Source of the DNA: Pseudomonadales bacterium
Lineage (GTDB): Bacteria; Pseudomonadota; Gammaproteobacteria; Pseudomonadales; JAHEIH01
Direction: 5' to 3'
DNA length: 64,000 bases
Assembly: GCA_035458985.1 (NCBI GenBank)
Contig: DATHYR010000011.1
Coordinates: 23,491-87,490 of the forward strand
Each line of letters starts with the position of its first letter. The first letter of the stretch is position 1. Below the pieces are notes generated by a model. The model searched no databases, had not been told where the DNA came from, and saw only the letters and a list, made by a program, of their open reading frames with translations. This document shows positions 57,733-64,000 of the stretch, one piece after another. Both the position numbers and the translations under genes were made by a program.

Positions 57733-59489
57733 ACCATGGGCACAAGCCATACCACCACACCCCCTACCAATAGGGTTAATGGCAAACCCACCCGTAAGTA
57801 GTCAGCAAAACTGTAACCGCCAGGTCCTTGCACCATGAGATTGGTTTGATAACCAATGGGCGTGGCAAAACTGGCCGAGGCACCAAACAACACGGCCATT
57901 ACAAAGGGCATCGCATCCACACCCAGCCCACTCGCTATCGATAAGGCAATCGGGAACATTAAGACGGCGGCAGCGTTATTGGTGATTGTTTCAGTAATGA
58001 TGACAGTGGCCAGATAAAGTAGGAATAAATTAAGTAACGGATCACCGCCGCCCAAAGCCATAACGCCACTCGCCGCCATACCTGCCAAACCCGTCTTAAA
58101 GACCGCCACACCCAACGATAACGAAGCCCCAATAGCTATGACCACTCTCATATCGACACTGCGCTGCGCCGATTCAGCACTTAGACAGCGTGTCGCAATC
58201 ATACTGCCGGCCAGTAGCAGCGCGCCGCCACTAAGCGATAACAACCCAGAAACCACCGCTAAGACAAAAACTAACAGCAAACCCAAGGCAACCGGTGCCT
58301 TGCGAAGGTTCGGTAAAGTCGCACCATCTAAGCGGCTTAGTAGTAAAAAATCTCTGCTGTAACGATGGCGAGGCACAAAACCTCGAGCGGCCTCCAACAA
58401 CAGCGTATCACCCGCCCGCAACTCAATGGCGCCGACCTTTTGATTTAACCGCTCTCCCCCTCTTGAAACCGATAAAATGGCGCCACCAAAACGGGTACGA
58501 AATCGACTTTCCTTTACCGTTTTACCTACCAAAAATGAGCATGGCGAAATGACTGCCTCAATCAATGCACGATTGCTATGAGGGATATCAAGCTTTGAGA
58601 CTTGCTTTTCAGCCGGCGACAATCCATGAATTTGTCGCAACTCACTTACAGCCTCGGGCTGACCCACGAAAATTAAGATATCACCCCCATGAAGAATTTC
58701 TCTTGGTGTCACCGCCGGCATAATCCGCTCACCCGACTGTAGCTCAGATAAGAAGCTATACTGCAACTGGCGCAAACCAGCGTCAGCAATGGTTAAACCA
58801 TCCAACGGGCCACCAAGATCAACCTGCATAGCCACTGCATACTTCTGGGCATCCTCAAGAGAACTGACCAGATCCTCGCGCACTGGTAGCAGCCGATGAC
58901 CAATGATTAGAAAGTAAAGGATGCCAACGACGACCAGCGGCACGCCGACCAAGGCGGGAGAAAATAAATGCAAACTGCCACTGACTTCTGCCTGCTCAAT
59001 CAATCCACTCAGCAAGATATTGGTCGAGGTACCAATCATGGTACACATCCCTCCCAAAATAGAGGCAAAACTCAACGGCATGAGTAACTTGGACGCCGGT
59101 AGGCGGGAACGACGCGCCCAATCCTGCAACTGGGGGATAAACATTGCCACAACCGGCGTGTTACTGACAAAACCGCTGATGGTCGCCACTGGCAGCATCA
59201 TTCGCAGCGTTGAACGCTTGATACCCGCTCCTCGACCCAACGCGCGCTGCACCCAGACGGTAAGCGCGCCACTTTCTTTAAGCGCGGCTGAAACGACGTA
59301 AAAGGAGACAATCACAAAAATGGCAGGATTAGCAAAACCACCAAAAGCCTCTGTGGGCGTTAACACGCCAAGGACTAATAGCACCGTCATTGCCAATACC
59401 AAGGCATAATCTACCGCTAAAATGCCCCCTATGGCGACGACAAAAAAAGCCATCATAACGACAAGAGTAATTACGGCATCGATGCCCAT
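57720..59489 (-). CDS. SLC13/DASS-type permease with two central TrkA-C (RCK_C) domains
   Basis: N- and C-terminal polytopic halves flank a soluble insert of about 180 aa (GGDILIFVGQPEAVSEL.., RAGDTLLLEA). Confidence 0.75.
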   Translation of the reverse strand: MGIDAVITLVVMMAFFVVAIGGILAVDYALVLAMTVLLVLGVLTPTEAFGGFANPAIFVIVSFYVVSAALKESGALTVWVQRALGRGAGIKRSTLRMMLPVATISGFVSNTPVVAMFIPQLQDWARRSRLPASKLLMPLSFASILGGMCTMIGTSTNILLSGLIEQAEVSGSLHLFSPALVGVPLVVVGILYFLIIGHRLLPVREDLVSSLEDAQKYAVAMQVDLGGPLDGLTIADAGLRQLQYSFLSELQSGERIMPAVTPREILHGGDILIFVGQPEAVSELRQIHGLSPAEKQVSKLDIPHSNRALIEAVISPCSFLVGKTVKESRFRTRFGGAILSVSRGGERLNQKVGAIELRAGDTLLLEAARGFVPRHRYSRDFLLLSRLDGATLPNLRKAPVALGLLLVFVLAVVSGLLSLSGGALLLAGSMIATRCLSAESAQRSVDMRVVIAIGASLSLGVAVFKTGLAGMAASGVMALGGGDPLLNLFLLYLATVIITETITNNAAAVLMFPIALSIASGLGVDAMPFVMAVLFGASASFATPIGYQTNLMVQGPGGYSFADYLRVGLPLTLLVGGVVVWLVPMVWPF

Positions 59490-59557
59490 AACGCATTCCT
59501 ACAAAACATTTAGGGCAGTATAAACGTATAGACTACGTTTCGACACAGCCATTTAGA

Positions 59558-60622
59558 ATGAGAGATCTGATAACCATGCGAGCCACCGCCTGCGCCCTTT
59601 TTGTTGCCATAGCTTCTAGCTCTATTGCATGCGCCACAACCGATGGAAACATCGAGCCAACTATCCTAGACAGCCGGGAAAAGCCCGCGACGTCGTTTTT
59701 TAGCATCTTGTGGAAGCGCTTCACTAATACGAGTCCACACATGGAGCCGATCAAACCCATACCGGTGGTCGATCCAGGGGAATCCCTAAAGAGTGGTGAG
59801 AGCGACAAGCTGGTCAAACTTGGTCATTCAACGGTACTTATCCGCCTTGATGGAGAGTGGATCATTACAGATCCAATGTTCAGTGAACGGGCGTCACCTT
59901 TCAGCTTTGTGGGGCCAAAGCGCTTTCACGCGCCTGCCGTATCACTGGACAATTTACCGGAACTCAGCGCAGTGGTAATAAGCCATGATCATTATGATCA
60001 TCTCGACGAAGCCACCATTAAAGCGATTAATACCAAGACACAACGATTTTTAGTCCCTAGCCGTGTCGAACATCATTTGATCGATTGGGGCATTGCCCCT
60101 GAAAAAATTACGGCCATGGCATGGTGGGAGTCGACAGACGTCGGAAGTGTCATCGTCACAGCCACCCCAAGCCAACACTTTTCTGGTCGCTGGCTTAACG
60201 ACCGAAACCAAACGCTTTGGGCAAGCTGGGCGCTGCGCGGACAACGCCATAACATTTTCTTTAGCGGCGATACCGGTTATTTCAATGGCTTTAAACACAT
60301 TGGAGAGCGGCTTGGACCGTTTGACATTACCCTTATGGAGGCGGGAGCCTACAACGATATGTGGTCAAATATCCATTTATTCCCCCAGCAAACGCTGCAA
60401 GCACATCGCGATTTGCGCGGTAAAAGGATGATTCCAATACATAACAGCACGTTTAACTTGGCTTTCCATCCTTGGTTCGAACCGCTCGTGGAATTAGACA
60501 AATTAACGACAGAGGAGGATCAAATGCTTACACCTCGGTTCGGTGAAATTATTGACTTAACTAACGTGGAGCATACTGAAAAGTGGTGGCAGCCACTGCT
60601 TCCTTGGTATCGAGAAAACTGA
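59558..60622 (+). CDS. Exported MBL-fold metallo-hydrolase (NAPE-PLD-like)
   Basis: VVISHDHYDHLD motif. Signal peptide MRATACALFVAIASSSIA. Alternative start at 59576. Confidence 0.8.
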   Translation: MRDLITMRATACALFVAIASSSIACATTDGNIEPTILDSREKPATSFFSILWKRFTNTSPHMEPIKPIPVVDPGESLKSGESDKLVKLGHSTVLIRLDGEWIITDPMFSERASPFSFVGPKRFHAPAVSLDNLPELSAVVISHDHYDHLDEATIKAINTKTQRFLVPSRVEHHLIDWGIAPEKITAMAWWESTDVGSVIVTATPSQHFSGRWLNDRNQTLWASWALRGQRHNIFFSGDTGYFNGFKHIGERLGPFDITLMEAGAYNDMWSNIHLFPQQTLQAHRDLRGKRMIPIHNSTFNLAFHPWFEPLVELDKLTTEEDQMLTPRFGEIIDLTNVEHTEKWWQPLLPWYREN

Positions 60623-60785
60623 TTGCACACATTGAGTGCGCATCACGCACGATAACCGTGCAATGTATGTATGCGCCATGCGAACAAAAGCATTAAGCCA
60701 TTGTTTTTCATATATAAAATAATTGGCATGGCGCATGCTAAATATTAAGAGAGATATTTGTCTCTGTTGACTTTGCTCATTTTTT

Positions 60786-60810
60786 GCGCCCTTCGGGGCG
60801 CTTTTTTTTT
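60786..60810 (+). terminator. Strong Rho-independent terminator (UUCG tetraloop)
   Basis: GCGCCC-TTCG-GGGCGC followed by T9. It lies 165 nt after the nearest plus-strand stop codon. Confidence 0.8.
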
Positions 60811-60970
60811 GGCCACTTTTAAGACCCACGGCCTACCGCCGTTACAAAGTAACGTCAAGCCATCTAGTCATGTGCATAAGTACCCTGATTGATTCTATCA
60901 ACAGTGACGTTCACGCTGACGACAACAGATTTTTAACACCCATGGATTACCCATTACCCAAATAACAGGC

Positions 60971-61003
60971 AAAAAAAAGCCGGGGTAAACCCCGGCAAAA
61001 AAA
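60971..61003 (-). terminator. Rho-independent terminator after the halogenase gene
   Basis: On the minus strand, GCCGGGG-TTTA-CCCCGGC is followed by T8. Confidence 0.75.
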
Positions 61004-61071
61004 CGAGTCAGCTCTCACAAGCCATCGCATTCAAAGGAAGGAAACAATCCAATGAAACTTTCAATTCTCCA

Positions 61072-62571
61072 TTAATTCATACCGGCTTCTTTACAATAAT
61101 GGTCGATAAATTTTTGGTGCTCAGGTAGCTGGGAAACTAATCGTTGCGCGGACTTATGTATGCCGTTCAAAAAGCCTTCAAGTTCATCATCTTCCATCAT
61201 GTTTGCAATCGGATGGTACTGCTCAGGATATAGCCCTTGCCCCAACATAACTTGCGTCCAAGAATTCTCGCCAAATAATTCCGTAGGTACTTTAAAGACC
61301 TTACCTGTTTCCTTAAAGAGCTCTATGCGGTGCTTCAATGAATCTGGAATTTCCATGGATTTCACATGCCGCCAAAAAGGAGAGTCTGTTCTTTCAGTGA
61401 CATGATAATGAAGGATGATAAAGTCTCGGATATTTTCAATTTCGGCCATCATTTGATGATTAAATTCTTCAATATCAGGCTTGCGAACACCGTAATGTGG
61501 GAACATCTGCATGAAACGTACAACGGCACGCTGAATCAAATGAATGCTGGTCGATTCTAAAGGCTCCATGAAGCCACTAGATAAGCCAACCGCGATACAG
61601 TTTTTCACCCAATGACGACGACGCATACCTGTTTTAAAGCTAATAGGCCGTGGCTCAGTGACCATCTTGCCCTCTAAATTAGCACGCAACTTTGTTTCGG
61701 CCTCGTCACGAGAAAGGAACTTACTGCAATAGACGAATCCATTACCCGTTCTATGCTGCAACGGAATGCGCCATTGCCAACCAGCTTCATGAGCAATGGA
61801 ACGAGTATATGGAATAGGGGGCTGGATATTTTCGGTCTGCACGGCCAGCGCGCTATCGCATGGCAACCAGTGCTGCCAATCATCAAAGCCAGCATGCAAT
61901 GTTTGCTCAATCAGCAGGGCCCTGAAACCTGTACAGTCAACGAAAAAATCGCCGTCTATGCGTTGACCCGAGGCAAGAGTTAACGCCTCGATAAATCCAG
62001 TCTCCGGGTGTTGATGCACTTGCTTGATATTGCCTTCAATTCTTACAGCACCATGCGTCTCAGCTATGTTTCTTAAAAACTTAGCATATCTTGCAGAATC
62101 GAAATGGTACGCATAATTTAAACCATGATTTGGCAATACAGCGAATCTATTGTGCTTAGCGGCCACCCACTCATTGCAGTACTCGCCATATTCATGAGCA
62201 ATACCTTTTTCCTTACCTTTGAGCCAAAAATGTTGGAATCCAGCCGCCCAACAGTCCTTACCGGTATATCCAAAGGAATGAATATAATCCTTTCCTACAT
62301 CTAGCCAGTTCTCGAAGCTAATACCTAGTTTGAAGGTACCGCCTACCGCCTTGATAAAATCTTGCTCTTTAATTTTGAGCAATTCATGCAAGGTTTGTAG
62401 CGTAGGAATCGTCGCTTCACCCACACCAACTGTGCCAATTTCCTCAGATTCTACAAGTGTTACTTTAACTGTTTTGCCAAGTAACTTTGCAATAGAAGCC
62501 GCCGTCATCCAACCCGCCGTGCCACCACCGGCAATAACGACATGTTCAATTCGATCTTGGTTCATACTCAC
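61072..62571 (-). CDS. Flavin-dependent tryptophan-halogenase-family protein
   Basis: GGGTAGW (GxGxxG), GVGEATIPTL, FKLGISF (candidate catalytic Lys), GWQWRIPL (WxWxIP), SGFMEPLEST. Confidence 0.85.
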   Translation of the reverse strand: MSMNQDRIEHVVIAGGGTAGWMTAASIAKLLGKTVKVTLVESEEIGTVGVGEATIPTLQTLHELLKIKEQDFIKAVGGTFKLGISFENWLDVGKDYIHSFGYTGKDCWAAGFQHFWLKGKEKGIAHEYGEYCNEWVAAKHNRFAVLPNHGLNYAYHFDSARYAKFLRNIAETHGAVRIEGNIKQVHQHPETGFIEALTLASGQRIDGDFFVDCTGFRALLIEQTLHAGFDDWQHWLPCDSALAVQTENIQPPIPYTRSIAHEAGWQWRIPLQHRTGNGFVYCSKFLSRDEAETKLRANLEGKMVTEPRPISFKTGMRRRHWVKNCIAVGLSSGFMEPLESTSIHLIQRAVVRFMQMFPHYGVRKPDIEEFNHQMMAEIENIRDFIILHYHVTERTDSPFWRHVKSMEIPDSLKHRIELFKETGKVFKVPTELFGENSWTQVMLGQGLYPEQYHPIANMMEDDELEGFLNGIHKSAQRLVSQLPEHQKFIDHYCKEAGMN

Positions 62572-62590
62572 TCCGTTAGGTCTAACCCAA

Positions 62591-63616
62591 TTATTGGTTC
62601 AGTCGATTGATGAGATCAGAGCGTAATCTGAAGACATCTTCTGGCTTCAACTCACCTAAATAACCTTGTGCATGAGCCGGTATATGGCTCATATCATGAC
62701 GATCACTTTCAAAAATGTAGTAGTTAAAAATATGTTGCCATGCTTTCTTTTGTACCGGGGACAAATGTCTTAAACCCATCACTGCATGAAGCAACGCGTT
62801 AAATGGTGACCCACGCATCCCTGAGACATCGTCAATCCACCAATAATTGACCAGCATATTGCAACTAGACAGTGACTTAACGTGATGCCACCACATGCTT
62901 GGGATAAAGATCGCATCGCCTGCCTCTAAAACAACCGTTTGTGCATGCTTTAACGCCTCTGTGAACAGTGGAAAAGCCTCAAAATCAGGCTGATCGAAAT
63001 TGACCAAACTAATTGGCTGGCCCGAGGGTGTTCTATCAATGGGTCCCACATAAAGATTGTCGATTTGTGACGTGGGGAAAAAAGTGAAACGTCTCCGCCC
63101 CCTCACAACACATGCCACATTATGCGGAAAATCATAATGAGCAGACACCGTGGTCTTGTTGCCCATCCAAAAATTCACAAGCGGCATACCAGGAACTGAC
63201 AAGGCATTCTCGTTTTGAAAACCTGGTAACCACTGATCCACAGGCGTCGATCCTACATAAATTGAACCTGCCTGATCCTCAGGCAACACCTCCTGTTCCA
63301 TGAGACGTTCCATGACATCAGGAAGTGGCGCACTACCCGATTTAAAATTAAAGTTATTAAATGCCTCGTTGTAGCCGAATCGCCCTTTAACAGTTGGCCC
63401 AGCGACATACGCAGTGACAGGGCGTTCTCTGGTCCAAAAACGCGCCAAATAACCAGCCAGGGCTTTGAATCCTTGCTCCTCAGTAGAGACTGCCGGCCAA
63501 TGATTGACTAAGCCTTTAATAACAACAGGCTGCTCACTTTCAAACACATGCGAAGGAATAACACCCGCTTTTTCAGGTGTTATCGACGAAACGAGTGGCA
63601 GTGCGTCATAGATCAT
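62591..63616 (-). CDS. Cupin-like / JmjC-like domain protein
   Basis: The double-stranded beta-helix core contains SAHYDFPHN...GDAIFIPSMWWHHV (a JmjC/cupin-8-like H-x-D...H arrangement). Confidence 0.7.
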   Translation of the reverse strand: MIYDALPLVSSITPEKAGVIPSHVFESEQPVVIKGLVNHWPAVSTEEQGFKALAGYLARFWTRERPVTAYVAGPTVKGRFGYNEAFNNFNFKSGSAPLPDVMERLMEQEVLPEDQAGSIYVGSTPVDQWLPGFQNENALSVPGMPLVNFWMGNKTTVSAHYDFPHNVACVVRGRRRFTFFPTSQIDNLYVGPIDRTPSGQPISLVNFDQPDFEAFPLFTEALKHAQTVVLEAGDAIFIPSMWWHHVKSLSSCNMLVNYWWIDDVSGMRGSPFNALLHAVMGLRHLSPVQKKAWQHIFNYYIFESDRHDMSHIPAHAQGYLGELKPEDVFRLRSDLINRLNQ

Positions 63617-64000
63617 GCCGCGGCGACCTTTAATTCCTTTAACTTAACCATTTTGGTTATATTGGACAGCGAAGCAATCATCATGAAAATAGGTAACAAA
63701 AAGCCCTTAGCCGAAAGACGTTCTAATGTTGCCCCATCCAGCTGCTTTAAACGATCTTCATCAATAGTGTAGAAACCTAATAATTGATTGTGTGATCCAT
63801 TAGTCAGCTTGATATCAAATGTTACGGATTCGATGAGATTTAACGCCTTGAGCTCGGCAGTAAACTGCTCAGTAATCTCTGCATTCAGATAGATAGTCTC
63901 AAGTAAATCAGCAATCTGCTCTAAGTAATCGGTGCGCCCGCCCAACGGCTGGAAAAGGGCTTCACCTCGTTCTAAATTCACACGAGGATGGTCCAAATCA
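63613..64000 (-). CDS. SapC-family protein, C-terminal part (5' end outside the window)
   Basis: The ORF is open to the right edge. It has an ATGA overlap with the cupin gene. The call rests mainly on the recurrent SapC-cupin-halogenase gene order, so sequence recognition is weak. Confidence 0.45.
   Translation of the reverse strand, partial: DLDHPRVNLERGEALFQPLGGRTDYLEQIADLLETIYLNAEITEQFTAELKALNLIESVTFDIKLTNGSHNQLLGFYTIDEDRLKQLDGATLERLSAKGFLLPIFMMIASLSNITKMVKLKELKVAAA

Noticed and set aside
60557-60829. A 90-aa minus-strand ORF in the MBL-hydrolase downstream region.
   Set aside because: It overlaps the 3' end of the hydrolase gene, reads through the GC-rich terminator stem and has no SD. 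The region is better explained as structured RNA.
1-64000. A window-wide search by eye for CRISPR arrays, tRNA/rRNA genes, IS elements, integrons, toxin-antitoxin pairs and known defence-system hallmarks.
   Set aside because: I found no spaced direct-repeat arrays, no tRNA-like T-arm contexts outside coding sequence, and no transposase, integrase, nuclease-helicase or defence-type gene pairs. Absence cannot be proven without tools.

Overview
A 64-kb chromosomal window from a gammaproteobacterium. The order of the housekeeping blocks (xseB-ispA-dxs; ribA-pgpA-thiL-nusB-ribH-ribE-ribD-nrdR-glyA; ettA; ptsP; radA; dnaB-rplI-rpsR-rpsF; rnr-rlmB) recalls Pseudomonas/Cellvibrio-like marine lineages, but the taxon cannot be fixed from sequence alone. 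I call about 57 protein-coding genes. Most are on the minus strand and tightly packed, with many 1-4 nt start/stop overlaps. I recognised no rRNA, tRNA, CRISPR array, IS/transposase or integrase. Accessory modules sit between the core genes. (1) 14470-18086: a TPR + beta-barrel outer-membrane protein (Slam/DUF560, 'type XI secretion'-like). It is coupled to a non-lipidated 772-aa protein with a FecR-like domain and two tandem TbpB/hemophilin-like barrel modules. This is the most interesting candidate system. (2) 39118-40831: a winged-helix protein with three DnaT-like repeats plus a phage-lambda-P-like protein, next to radA and dnaB. It looks like the proposed domesticated lambda O/P (dopC/dopE-type) helicase-loading pair. 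A perfect LexA box lies upstream and phased 10-bp repeats lie near dnaB. (3) 2071-7515: two orphan periplasmic binding proteins translationally coupled to a membrane PAS-GGDEF-EAL protein. (4) A sulfide-oxidation set (persulfide dioxygenase, DUF442-SQR fusion, SulP) with a palindromic operator. (5) motA-motB abutted by an unusual PilZ gene. (6) A TonB-dependent receptor, TPR-sulfotransferase and BetT-like BCCT array. (7) A SapC, cupin and tryptophan-halogenase cluster that runs off the right edge. The window is rich in c-di-GMP genes: one GGDEF-EAL, one degenerate HD-GYP and two PilZ. All functional calls come from motif and architecture recognition by eye. No database search was run.
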